A stretch of 64,000 nt of DNA, from positions 95,480,001 through 95,544,000 of the forward strand of contig OZ024744.1 of assembly GCA_964016885.1 (NCBI GenBank), given 5' to 3'. A model generated the notes under the pieces. The model saw nothing but the letters and a program-made list of their open reading frames with translations, was not told the origin of the DNA and made no database searches. Positions 1-12,723 of the stretch are shown one piece after another. Origin of the DNA: Eledone cirrhosa (lineage: Eukaryota). The position numbers and the translations under genes were made by a program. How positions within the stretch are numbered: position 1 is the first letter of the stretch; each line of letters starts with the position of its first letter.

Positions 1-949
1 ACGTTGTAATATAGTTGGTGGTAGAAAGGGCATCCAGTTGTAGAAACCAAGCCCAAAATAGATCCATATGAGCAAGACATGGTCACTCCAGTTGACTAGC
101 CTCATAACGTGACAACCCATCTAACTCATTATGCATGTAAAATAGACGTTAAACGATGATGATGATGTAAAGTAATGATAGTGATGAGAGTTGCTTTTCG
201 TAAATATATTTTAATCTTATTCCTGTAAAGTAGATATTCTGGTCAAACTACGTTTTTTTTTTTTTTTGCTTTTGGTCAGTGGCCCAAAAAAGATCTACCT
301 GACTTGTATCGGTGATTTTGTTTTTTTAACAGCTTCGTCAGTGATCGCATATTCATTTTCTTGAACACAAAGAAAATAGTAACTTATATGCTATTTATAG
401 TATACACAAACTCCGATAGAACTAAATTGATCTGCCCTAATTTACCTTACAGTAAGTAAACTACGGCGTTTAGTAAAGTAACCATAAGGTTACGTACGTT
501 CTTTAAAGAAGCGCACATATTTAGCATAGCCTTATGTAGTAAGGGTTCTCTGATGAAACGATAAAAATCTCTGAAACTAGTCCACCCGACCTTTTCTGGC
601 AACAGAAAGATAAAGATGTGGTTTAACTACACTTTCGACTTTTCACGACGAAGCTAAAAATGTTTCTACTAAAAACAAACAAACACTCGCACTGCATCTC
701 TATTTATCTAAATACCGCGTAATGCTGCTAATAACAACAGTGGTGGTGGTAGTGTTATTGTTGTTGCTGGTAGTAGTAGTAGTAGTAGTAGTTCTTGTTT
801 CTAATTTAGACACAAGACCAGCAATTTTATTTTGTTTTTCGAGAATTAAATCGATCCCAGTACTTCCCAGGTACCAATCAGTCAAATACTGAGATCAATA
901 ACACACACACACACATATATATATATTTTTTTTCATTTATATATATATA

Positions 950-1078
950 ATGATGATTTATTTTGAATGAAAGAGTTCTAGTCCTGTAGAATCCATTTCT
1001 ATAATAAACATATTTACACTTAACTAATGTATTGAGTACCTTACTTAATGTGGTTACCCCCGATCGAACCCGGGACTC
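950..1078 (+). mobile_element. Degraded copy of the repeat at 25180-25375 (probable Penelope-like terminal repeat)
   Basis: Reverse-complement similarity to 25180-25300 (gttctagtcctgtagaa.ccatttctata...tacccccgat.gaacccggga). Confidence 0.55.
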
Positions 1079-2146
1079 ACAAACACACATATATATATAT
1101 ATATGTGTACGTGCGCGTATGCATGTATGTATGTGCATTGGAACCATTCAGTGGTGGAGTTCCTTTTTTTAGAGTATGGCTTCGTCAAAACAAGTTAATG
1201 TATGCATGTGCACACGTACATTACTGCACACTTGATATAAAGAATATAAACAAAGGAGTATGAACATATATAAACAAGCTGAATTGAGGAAAACGCATAC
1301 TATCTTAATGGTAATTAATAATTTCGTACAGCTGAAATAAATAGTTGTGTTGAAAATACCTTTGATATGCAAATGTTTTCTGAATAAGAAAAAATAATTT
1401 ACAAAATTCTTATTCAAAATTAATTTAATTGCATAGCCGAAATAGATGAAAGAAAACTAAAAAAAAAATTAAGGAATTAAATTATTAAAAAAAAACACTA
1501 ACAAAAACAATATCAAATTGTTTTTTTTCTTAGAAACATTTTTCTGAAGTTTCTCAGTAATAACCGGTACAACAAAGTTTTAACTTCGTATAAATCCGTA
1601 GAGTAGCCCGTACATTTCCGCAGCTATATTTATGTTCTTTTAGTTGATGAAAAAAAGAATTCAATTATTTTTTAACTCAATATATTTTTTAAATTATATA
1701 TTAGATATATATATTTCCAATCACACTCATGGATTTTTTTTAAGGAAACATAGAAAAGGTCAATGACCGATTGTTTCCGAATGATCCCGAACAAAAGCAT
1801 CCAACATCACTCATTAACTCCTTCCTTTCCTCTCATCTTATCTGTGTATTTGAATATTACTTCTTCGTTCTTTCTCCTTATTTATAATTGTCTCTTTCAT
1901 CTCCATATTTAAAAATGAATATTTTATTCTAGCATTACTTTTTTTTTAGGGAAAATTAACTGTTTCTTTTTTCTTGAAAAGCAATTCTCTAAATCATTAA
2001 TTCTCAATCAATTAATATCATTTGCTAACTTCACTGCATGCTAGTGTCTTTCTCTTTCTCTTCTCACTAAAATCTCACCATTTGGATTTGGAGGGTGCTC
2101 AAGTGGCAAACGGTGATTTTTCCCCCAACACCTATCCTGAATACTC

Positions 2147-2177
2147 ATGACGTCATACTGCCCTTTCAAAATGGCGC
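2147..2177 (+). promoter_or_regulatory. Putative core/proximal promoter motifs of the ubinuclein gene: CRE/ATF palindrome plus YY1-like motif
   Basis: ATGACGTCAT palindrome at 2147-2156 and CAAAATGGCG at 2167-2176, about 100-130 nt upstream of the start codon in a CpG-retaining region. Confidence 0.55.
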
Positions 2178-2273
2178 TAGATTCGCTCGTTTGTTGGTAC
2201 AGAGGTGTAGAGACATAAATAGCCAAGACATAGCTCATTTTATTCATTTGTCTCATGGCTGTACTGTGTTTAA

Positions 2274-2450
2274 ATGAACGCGATGTCGGATCCGAGGAGG
2301 TTAAATTTTACTACGATCGGTCCGATGGGGAAGGAGAAGAAGAAGAAATCTTCGCTGCCGCCCACTATACGCTTCACACTGGCTCTGAGGGAATCGAACG
2401 ACAAAACATGTCCCGAGTTTTCTTTTGCCGATTTAATGAAGAATGCCTTG
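2274..2450 (+). CDS. UBN1: Ubinuclein coding exon 1 (true start may be ATG 2283)
   Basis: MNAMSDPRRLNFTTIGP...IRFTLALRESNDKTCPEFSFADLMKNAL resembles the UBN N-terminus (MSEPHR...[20 protein letters not shown]). Donor TTG|GTAAGT, phase 0. The symbol denotes the family; UBN1 vs UBN2 cannot be resolved. Confidence 0.92.
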
Positions 2451-4045
2451 GTAAGTATTCTGTTGTCTATCATTTGGCACAGCCTTCTTTGGTTAGTTTG
2501 TTTTTACAAGTCACTACTGTTCATGGTCTTCGCTCGCCTCTCTTGATCATAATGTTTTGGTATAAGCTGTTCGTCGCACACGGTAATAAGAAAAAGAAAA
2601 GAAAAACATAACTCTTCTTTTTTCAACGCAATTCGTTTTAACATTAGAACAATGATTAAATATACAGGAAATAGAAGAAAGATGTTATGTTGAAATTATT
2701 TTAAATCATCGCTTTGAATCGTCTTTATTTCATTTTCATATTGATTATAAAGAGTGTAGTCAGTTGCATTATATTCTCTATTAAGAACATACCGCTTGCA
2801 CTGGTTAATTACTATAAATATATTTATACACACATATTTGCACATATACATACATACTTAAAGGTAATCATACTTTTTGCTAAAGAACACTCGGGTTCAC
2901 TTGATTATCGTAAACATTTAATTTTGTGTAACCTATTTCATTTTTCCACATTGATTTAATATTTTGTGAATTAATTGACGTATATTTCCCGCCGATAGCA
3001 TTTTTCTCAAGAACAATTATATTTTTTCTTTATTGTAATGTTGGTTTTGCTTTCTTGTTTCTTTTTCATTTTTTATTGCATATATATATAATATATATAT
3101 ATATATATTCTTAGAGGTCTTTTTTTCAATTTTTATTTGTAAATTTAAACGCAATGAAATTGCTTAAAACAAAAAAGAATCGCAACTCATTTAATGTCTG
3201 TATTGTCGCTGTTCCTTTTATTATTATTATTATTTTTATAATTGCTGAGATAATTTAACACGGTGGCCAGTTTATATGATAAAAAGTTAGAATAATTGTT
3301 AAATTCTTACTGGTGTCTTTTAAATAGATGAAATTCCGATTGTTTGTGACCATAAGTTTTTTTTTTAATGTCTATCTTTAAATTCATATGTAAATATTTT
3401 TCTCCAGTTCTCAGATAAAGAACTACACATAGAAATTTTTATAATTAATTATAAAAAATATTTGGGCGAAATATTTCTCGTATATAATATATATAAATTT
3501 TATAAACAAAACAAAGTTAATGATGCATTTTCATCTGTTGAGTTATGTTATAATTTTATTTTTATAATCATGGTGCGTCCCCACGCACCATACGGCTGCC
3601 ATGCCAATACTATTATTATTGATTTCTTTTTTAAACATGTACCGTATCAGAATACTCTATTCTGAAATTTTTTTCTCATTTCTTTCATGGTTTCGCCATT
3701 TTGAAGGGTTATTTTTATGCTATATATATATATATACCCCCTTTTGTAATTTCTCAACTTGTCTCTTATTGTTAATTGGTTTTTATTTCTATATAAGTAT
3801 TACGTTAATTCAATATATGTGATTTTTTTTTTTTTACAGTATGTGGAATTTTGTATGATTTTAAGTTTTATTTTATTTGGCATTTAAATTATTTAGAATT
3901 GTTAATGTGTGATTCAACCTGAAAAGAAAAGAAAAAAAAAACTACAAAAAATATTGCGCTCACAGATGTTTCTTTACTCGAGTATAATTATGAGTATATC
4001 TATGTATGTATGTATGTGTGAACGAGTTATAATTAAATATTTATC

Positions 4046-4092
<47 letters not shown>

Positions 4093-4753
4093 TATATACA
4101 CATATATAGATGAGAGAGAGACACTATAACTATACGTCTAATATTGATTGCTATTCCTATTAAATCTTTTGATTTATTATTCATTCGTATTGCAAATATG
4201 CAGACACTTAATCATGTAGAATAGAATAAGTTCATCTAATGGTAGCTACTTATAACAACAATAAATCAAAGAAACAAAGACTCGTTTACTATAAAGATAC
4301 TAAAGACATATTTATCTCGCATATCAAATAACATTTACGACATCCATATATATATTATATTATCTTCCGGGGAGGGTATTTAATCATAAAATATAGGTAA
4401 CCAGGATGGATACCCTGGGAATGACCCCATTCGCACACACGTGTACATAATTCATTCCATTGGTATTATTTATTTAATCCAAAATTATCGAGGGTTTTTT
4501 GTTGTTGTTGTTATTTTTTGTCACTATCTCTCGTTTCTTCTTTGTTCGGAACGGGATCGGGGTGGCAAGTACCAACCATATCAGTTAATTCATGTGTGTT
4601 CATGTACCATATCTCTCTCCCATGCTTGCACTTTCATCATCCATTCTGTGTGATTTTTTTTTAGTTTCTTTTTTAATTAATGATTTCAGGAATTGTGACA
4701 ACCTGTGAAATCAGGTTGGGAATTATATTTTTACTTTTTAATTCTAGTTAGAA

Positions 4754-4786
<33 letters not shown>

Positions 4787-5159
4787 TTAGAACATGATTT
4801 TTCATAAGTATTTTAACCAACGCAATTTAAAATCGAACTTCCTACATGTTCGATTCTCAACTTTTACATGACGACCCCATTTCAATTTAATTTCTCAGAA
4901 AGGTTTTTTTTTTTATTAAAAATTAATTATTGAATAAAATTTAGAAAACATTAAATGCAAACATTGACAATTTCGTAAATTACAAAACTTTTGTCAACAT
5001 CTGGATTAATTTAAAAATAAGAACCGCATTCAAACGTTTTTGAAACATTCTTTCATTATGTATGTATATGAATATATATGTATGTATATATAGTGTGTGA
5101 GTGTTGTAACAAAAACAAAATTACCAATTAGATGGGGTAGATAGTAAAATAACTATGTA

Positions 5160-5236
5160 TTGTGTCCCAAAAATGTATACACACTTCAATAGCATTCTAA
5201 TCAAAATGTGTATACATTTTTGAGGGATACTCTGTA
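5160..5236. mobile_element. Tc1/mariner-type mini-MITE, degraded copy
   Basis: Near-identical to 5667-5742, with imperfect TIRs. Confidence 0.65.
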
Positions 5237-5627
5237 TGTATGTATGTATATATATAATGGAAAAATTTGAACAGGGACAAAAGAGACAGAGGCAGTACAA
5301 CGAATGTTTAAATATATATATACACACTTCCCGGTATCTGTTACTGTACTTCTTCACATGTTACTAAGACTAAATACCCCTGAATTAATGTTGCCTTTTG
5401 GGCTCTGTGAATGACATACACAGATTTCCTTTTTGTTATAAGTAATACACGGTCTTACCAAAATAGTTAATTTGTTGTATTTATTAAATAAGACATTTAA
5501 TATACAATGTTTTTATGCTGGAACATATCGCAATATACTTTTATCTGATTCTTTCTCTCCAAAACTAAAATCGCTATTCAGTAATACTGGTATATAGGTA
5601 CATACTCTTCCACGTACATCTCTCCCT

Positions 5628-5666
<39 letters not shown>

Positions 5667-5742
5667 CAGGGTGTCCCAAAAATGTATACGCACTTCAACA
5701 GCATTCTGACAAAATCATGTATACATTTTTTGGGACACCCTG
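5667..5742. mobile_element. Tc1/mariner-type mini-MITE (~76 bp)
   Basis: TIRs CAGGGTGTCCCAAAAA(A)TGTATAC / GTATACATTTTTTGGGACACCCTG, preceded by TA, within a (TA)n tract. Confidence 0.8.
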
Positions 5743-6212
5743 TGTATATATATATATATATTGTAAATAATTTGTCCCAATATAAATACTTCACATTCAT
5801 TATCGTAGTAGTAGTAGACCTAGTCTAGTTATTTTGTTGTAAATACTAGATTAAACTAAATATATTTACCAGAATATTGGATTATATACTTCATATATCA
5901 ATCTTATTGTAGGCATGAATAGAATTCAGATTTATTCAAAATTAATTCAAAGATATGAAGGTTCATTTACTTCAGTTTCTTCTGTTTTTCCCCTACATTA
6001 TAAACGAAACAGTCGAATACTGGCCGAAGACGAGCTATATTCATAAAATATTGATATTTAGTTCTAAATATATATATAGCATATTGAAAGTAATTTCAAA
6101 GTATATACATGTCCGCCTGTATGAGCATGCTTATATATTTGAGTGTGTGTGTGTATCTATATCAACATACGTCTGTTTTTCCTGCTAGTTTAACAAGGGT
6201 TGCACACATGTA

Positions 6213-6257
<45 letters not shown>

Positions 6258-6290
6258 CTGCAAGCAGGGAAAAGCGGACGTATGATGATG

Positions 6291-6359
<69 letters not shown>

Positions 6360-6842
6360 ACGCATCGTCAGTTTAACTTTTTATTCCATGATGGAATAAT
6401 ATTGTTGAATACTCTACGTGATTTAAAATGTTCACTCTATGTAAATTGTGGATCTTTGTGTATAACCGGTGAACAGCGAAATCTTTTTATTTTGAATGTA
6501 AACAAATATTACCACCTGTGATATCGAATGTGAAGAGAAACGATACAAACAATGTGTTTGGTCTGTAGCTGTATAATAGAAGAAACTTGCCTAGCCAAGG
6601 TACCATGCAGTGGGATAGAGCCCGTAACTGTGATAACTGCATCTAGTTCACTCTGTGTAAAGTGGTTGATGATAGGAAGAGCATCTGGCCATAGAGAACA
6701 TACAAAAACAAAGGGTCAATAGGATTATCCAGCTGTGTGGAATACAACATGGCAACACCTCCCTAGTGCTGGGGCCATAATAAAATGCATTCAGTAGAGT
6801 GAGTGTATGTATGTCAGTGAAATGTGGGCCTCTGGTCTGTCT

Positions 6843-6881
<39 letters not shown>

Positions 6882-7259
6882 GCAAGCTGCAATGCCTCTG
6901 TCACATCTGTGAGGTTAATAGATCCACTTAAGTACTAATTTGGCCTATGCCGACCTATTCAACTCTTGCTAGCAAGGAAATTGTGTTAAATAAATGGTGT
7001 GTGTGTGTGTGTGTGTGTAGGGTCGCAAGGGATCTTCGTTTGTGTTAAATATGACAGCCTTCATAGTGCTGGTGTAATGATTAAATGCATGCAGTTCACA
7101 CTTCAGAAGCTCATACAAAAATAAGATAAGACACATGTTTACATATGTCAGTGTGGTTGTTTACTTAAACATTTGTACAAAAATAACACTAAGAGTGAGT
7201 GGGTATAAAATAAAAGCCCATCAAATACATGTTTCCCTGTGGTTGTTTGGATGATATAC

Positions 7260-7308
7260 ACACCTTCTGATGAGGGTTCAATAAAATCCGAAAATCGATT
7301 AAAGGTGT
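7260..7308 (+). ncRNA. Minimal type-I hammerhead ribozyme (Penelope-like-element type)
   Basis: ACACCTT-CTGATGA-GGGTT(caataa)AATCC-GAA-AATCGATT-A-AAGGTGT. Complete catalytic core, 7-bp stem I, 5-bp stem II, palindromic stem III. Predicted cleavage after A7301. Confidence 0.8.
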
Positions 7309-8073
7309 TTATCATTTATTCAGTTTACAGGGAAATATGTATTTTCTGGCATGTTTATATACCTACATATTAGATATGTGTATATTTATATACACATAGG
7401 TGCAGTCTAAGTTACCTTCTTTGTATATATACAGATAGAACTTTATTGTACACTTCGGTTGCTAACACACACACACACACATATATATGTATATATATAC
7501 ATATGTTTGGAGTTCAAAAACAATAAAATCCAAAGATGATTTATGCATATATGTTTGTGTGTACATGTATACATATATTTGTTATTTTATTGTATTCTTA
7601 TTTGGCATGGCTCCCTCCATGTTGGCTTGAACATGTTACCGACAGTCTACTTTATTGGAGCTAGTGTCCTCCTTTTGAATATATAATAGATACGTGTGTG
7701 CATGCATATCTGTAAAAAGGAAGGGCATCCATGTACATTTATTTATATCTCTATGAAATCAAAAAATTTCAGGAGAGGCATAAAGTATCATTCAATTAGA
7801 ATGTTACTTCATGGTAAGGTAGACATCTAAATAACTAACTGGCCTCTTCCTATCTGTCTAGGTTGGAGCACAGTGGTGTATGTGGTGGAACTAGTGTGAT
7901 CTGATTCTCCAATTTGTCAACTTGTGTCAAGATGCAGGGAAACATGGAGGAATATTATGCCAGCAAATTTTGAGTTAAACGTAAGAAAATCAAACAAGAA
8001 GCCTATAGAATGTTAGAGGAAGTATATGGGGGTAAATTATGAGCAAGGCAAGTTACTACCGATAGTTGAGATG

Positions 8074-8285
8074 AGTGGAGACTTCTGGTGTCCTTGGCCC
8101 TAGGGCTAACTCCCTACTCACCACCATAGGCGCTGAGCTGGCCAGCCGCAGGTGTGAGCCTCGTGAGCTGGAATGGCTCTTCCCGCACATCTCCCTTACC
8201 ATCCTTCATGGGGAGGAAAGCACGTGGGACCCCATTTGCTCACCATACACAGCGATGGAGGCGATGACAGTGGGAGTTCGGCTCT
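8074..8285 (+). mobile_element. 3' fragment of a CRE-clade-like (restriction-like endonuclease) non-LTR retrotransposon nested in the mariner
   Basis: VETSGVLGPRANSLLTTIGAELASRRCEPRELEWLFPHISLTILHG matches the xETxGxxG...QRISxAIxRGN C-terminal pattern. GC-rich relative to its flanks. Confidence 0.7.
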
Positions 8286-8604
8286 ATATATATATATACT
8301 CAAATAAAACAACTGAATATGACTTCAGTTTAACCAGTTTTCTGAAGGAAATGAACAGGTTGAGGATGAAAGCAGATCTGAAGCACAGGAAAGGAGGAAA
8401 ACATTGTGGAGGTTAGTGATGTAAGACCATCGAGCTACTGTGAGGATGATATCTGAAGCTGATGGTATTACCATTGGCACAGTGGAGGCAATTCTGACCA
8501 GAGATCTGGAGCTCCACATAATCTGTGCCCAGTTTACTAGAGGCAGTTTTGTATGGAATGTTACACTGAATAAAGTGACTTGATGAGAGTTGGATGTTCA
8601 TTGT

Positions 8605-8752
8605 CACGACAAAAGCGCCCAGTTCACACTGTAAATGTGGTTGGCATTAGGAAGGGTATCCAGTCATAGAAACCAAGCCAAAATCAGTTCTGTGTGAGCA
8701 GGACAGCTTATCCAACCTAGCCTGGAAAATAGACGTTAAACAATGATGGTGA
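8605..8752 (+). mobile_element. Repeat family A (RTE-3'-tail SINE or truncated LINE end); representative of >20 copies in the window
   Basis: aaaagcacccag..cactgtaaatgtggttggcattaggaagggcatccag..gtagaaaccaagccaaaatcagttctg...catgctagcatggaaaa..gacgttaaacgatgatg. Other copies at about 12-170, 13947-14105, 14893-15060, 16692-16925, 18812-18995, 24480-24670, 26490-26640, 32555-32765, 34230-34500, 43665-43850, 44640-44860, 51520-51675 and 61435-61685. Confidence 0.85.
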
Positions 8753-11700
8753 CCCTGAGAGCAAACACCAGAGTGCACAGTGGAAGCACATGTCCTCCCC
8801 CAGCTACAAGAAGGCAAAGATAAGCAGGTCTCAAGAGAAGGCCATGGTCATTCCTTTCACATGAATAGGTTTCTGAGGGTCAAACAATCAATAAGGGGTA
8901 TTACCTTGAAGTTCTGATCAGGTTCAAGGAGAGGATGTGGAAGCATGTCACAGCATTGAGTGGTGGTTACACCAGGACAATGCTCTATGACCAACTGGGG
9001 AATGAAAGTGGTACAACTCCCAACCTAGCTCTCTGTGGTTTCTTCCTGACATGAAAGATAGCCTCAGGGGAATCAGATTCAAGTCAACACAGGAGCTGAA
9101 GGAGGCATTGGCAAATTTCCTGATTGGATTGTAGTAGTAGTACTGAGAGATCTTCCAAGAGTGGGGATGATACCTCACAAGTGTGTCATTATTTTGGAGA
9201 CAGTTTTGTAAGCCATTTAAAATAATTCCTCCTGAAATTTTCTCATTTATTAAACAAATATATATATATGTTGGTGTTAGGAAGAGCATCCAGCTGTAAA
9301 AAAAACCTTCCGTACGAGCGAGACATGAACATCCCAATAAAGGAAATGAATGATTGTCGATGAATGGACAATTTCTCTTTGTAGAAATAAATGACTCCAG
9401 AAAGGGGGTGAACAGTCAAAAATCAACGATCCTTTATTAAATGCAACATTTAATAAATTATGTACAATGTCAATTCAAACATACCTTGTGGGTTAATAGA
9501 AGTAGTGTAATTATATTCTCCGGTGCAGGAATAACGAATGAATAAGCGAATGCATATTGGTCGAGATATCGTGGCGTCCTTGATCCGAAGGAGGGCATTT
9601 TCACATAGTCCCTCACGAAGCCAGCATAGTTAATATTTTGAGGAGCGAATCCTTTCACGTCTGTTCATGTCCGCGGTCCATCCCGTATCAAATGGAACAA
9701 AACCGTTTAACCCATGCTAGCGTGGAAGATGGATGTTAAACGATGATGAGGATGTGTGTGTGTATGTATATAATCATCATCATCATCTGAACTTCGATCA
9801 GGATGAAGATGGTCATCTGCGAGAATGAATCGCATGAGGTGGACTGGTTTCTTGTCATATCCATATTGGCGGAAACATCTGGCATCCTCAGAATGGAGGC
9901 AACCATTCACAAGGACTGCTTGCTTCTTTCATCAGTACATCTCATCATCATCCTTTAGGGTTGCACATTCATTATCTTGTTCACCATGACCAAAAAACAT
10001 TTGCATAATACGTTGTTTTCCTTTGTTTATTTTCAATACAACTTTAGTAGCAACTTCAGTACTTTATTTATCATGTGTTGGTCCTTACAGGAATACTCAT
10101 GTTTTATTTCAGTGTTTTCTTCTTAGAATTTCGTGTGTGTACAGGTTTTTAGAATAGATACACCATATCATTGTGTTATAAAGAGGTGACAAAAAGGGTC
10201 GGTGTAGAGCATCGACGTAGAGCATCTGGCTGTAAAACATGGTCTAAAATCATTCAGGATGGAGAGGTGGACATAAAAACGATGTTGTTATTAATGATAT
10301 GCAACTGCTGGGGACATGATAAAACACTCAGTACACTGTAAAGTGGTCAGTGTTAGGAAAAGCTTCCAGTCCAGTTGTAGAAACCATGCCAGTAGGGTAT
10401 GAGGACCTTTCAAACACATGACAACCTCTCATGCTGGGTCCACTACAATGTGTAAGGTAGTCTGTGATAGGAAGGGCATCCAGCTGCACAAAACTTGCTG
10501 AGTGTTGGCAGGTTCTTCAGCTGTGTCAAAGACATTACAGCCTCTCATTTTGGTGCCATGATAAAATGCACTTGGGACACTCTGTAGAGAATAGTTATGT
10601 ATGTAAGCATGATGTGTGCCCCCCCCCCCCCCCCCCCCCCAGCTCGTTTGAGAGATCAGTAACTCTGCTTCAGTACTGACTTAGTTTACAACGACACATT
10701 TACCTCTTGTTAGCAGGGAAAACGGGCATTAAGTGATAATGATAATGTACAACTGTATATAGAAATATGTATGAATACGTCTATATCATCTTAACTACAT
10801 TTTTTTCTGTGTCCGTTTTTCCATGTTGGCATGAGATGTTTTACAGTATTCTTCAGCTAGATGCTCTTTCTGATGCCAACCCCTATTATTTTTTTTAATT
10901 CTTAAAATATCCTGCAATTTAATAGAAAATACATAAAAAGGAGTTTGTTAATTCAAATGTCTATAGTTTATAGTATCTTTTGTAGTGGACAGATCTTTGC
11001 GAAAATTTACAGTATTATTAGAAAGACTTCAATTTATAATAGGTTTCAGCCAGTGTTGTTTGGGCTTTTCAATGTTTTGACTTTAGAATACGGCCAAGCT
11101 AGCATATATGGATAATCGGTCTGTAGCTTGAGCACTCAGATGAGGAAAGACCCCAGAGTAATAACATTACGTTCAGACAGCTTAGCAAATCAGATATAGC
11201 TGTCGGCAGTCCAGCCGCATCACTATAGCAACGAAAATACAGGACCCAGGAAATATATATATATCATCATCATCATTACTGTTTAACATCTTATTTTCCA
11301 TGTTATGAGGCAAGCCAAGCCAGTTGGTCGTGTCGAACATTGCTCAAATGGAACTGTATTTCCTAAAGACGGATTTATTATATATCCCAGTGTGTCAATA
11401 GTCAAGAACAAACAAGCTACTGGGAAATATACATAGATGACAGTACAATTACAGCATTGCTACAAAACACAGAAGATACATAATGTCATTGGATTGGACA
11501 TTTAGGCAAGTGTCTTCTGCTACCCCAATGACTCTTATCTGACCACAATGATGATCATCACTGTTTTACGTCCATTTTTCCATGCTAGCATGGGTTAGAC
11601 GAGATGTCCTGTTCTGGGCAATGCTCATACAGAACCGATTCTAATATATATATATATATATATATTTACACACACATCCATCAATTTACATGCTTATATG

Positions 11701-11949
11701 TAAAGATTATAGTATATCTATGTGTATAGTGTATATATTATAAATTGAAAATTGTAGCATGTATATAAAAAAAAAAAATTATAACTTAGTCAGGAAAGCA
11801 ATGTCCATAACACTTCTCAGTGCCTCTCCAACCAGAAACCATGGAATAGTGGATGCCACTAAAAGCATCAAAGAGCCAAGTTCCAGTGTTAGACTGGGTG
11901 ACATTCAGTCTACCAACCCGAGTGGGTACATAACACATGACCCATCTAC

Positions 11950-12090
11950 CAATTAGCTTGACTGTACCTAGTCCACAGACACCACTTGGATGTACCGACT
12001 GTCATGGAAGTGTGAGAAGATATCCAGAAACTAAAAGAACAACAAAGCACCAGGTGAAAGATGGTTTATCTGTTAAAAATCTTCCTAGAA
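11950..12090 (+). mobile_element. Old LINE reverse-transcriptase N-terminal fragment
   Basis: Frameshifted PTVMEV*EDIQKLK-NNKAPG-DGL motif. Confidence 0.55.
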
Positions 12091-12723
12091 CTGTTCTGAT
12101 GTTTTAACCCTCTAGCTGTACTGAGGGACATCATACATCTGGGAGACAGAATCTTCTCCACAAAACTGAAGTGATGCAGTTTTTTTGTCCCTTTCCTTCG
12201 AGAAGGGTTAGAGGTTCTGTTGCAGTAATTACTAGGACATTAGTTTAATAGATATTCACCATTCTTCTACAAAAGTTTCAACACAAACTTAATTATTGTA
12301 CTCAACCGCATCAGCATCGGTGTGGTTTTTGTTGATCATTGGGATGTCATGATTGTAGATAGGCTGTGTGAAGTTACTGGACTTAATTAGAACATACTAC
12401 AGCTAGTTATACATGAGCAAAGGTTTGCTGCTACAGTGATGTATCTGACTTCTTTGAAATTCAGTCAGGTGTCCAGCAGGGATGTGTTCTATCTCCGACA
12501 CCAATGTGTGTGTGTTATATCTCTGTGATGCAAGGTAAATCTATTTCTATGACACACCTGAGCTGTTGCTGTCTTGTTACAGTAACTGAACAAAATGTTT
12601 TTTTTCCTTTCTCACCATAAAAAAAAATTGAATATATGTAACCAGTTTCAAATCTTGTTCGATTAATATGAGAGATCAACCATTGAAGAGAAATATAGTT
12701 AATAGCTATATATGTATATGTAT

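Larger units (their letters stand above)
7752..9252 (+). mobile_element. Decayed mariner DNA transposon with nested insertions
   Basis: Broken transposase peptides: EAYRMLEEVYG, DHRATVRMISEADGITIGTVEAILTRDL, DESWMF, DPESKHQSAQWK, GQTINKGYYLEVL, WLHQDNA. Degenerate TIRs aaaatttcaggag / ctcctgaaatttt. Confidence 0.85.

Noticed and set aside
700-6521. Short ORFs rich in YI/HT/CV/T runs
   Set aside because: They are translations of (TA)n, (CA)n and (GTA)n microsatellites.
9780-10130. Possible minus-strand coding fragment
   Set aside because: Multiple stops and no recognisable motif. It ends in a (GAT)n tail, so it is probably an old RTE end, but it is too degraded to call.
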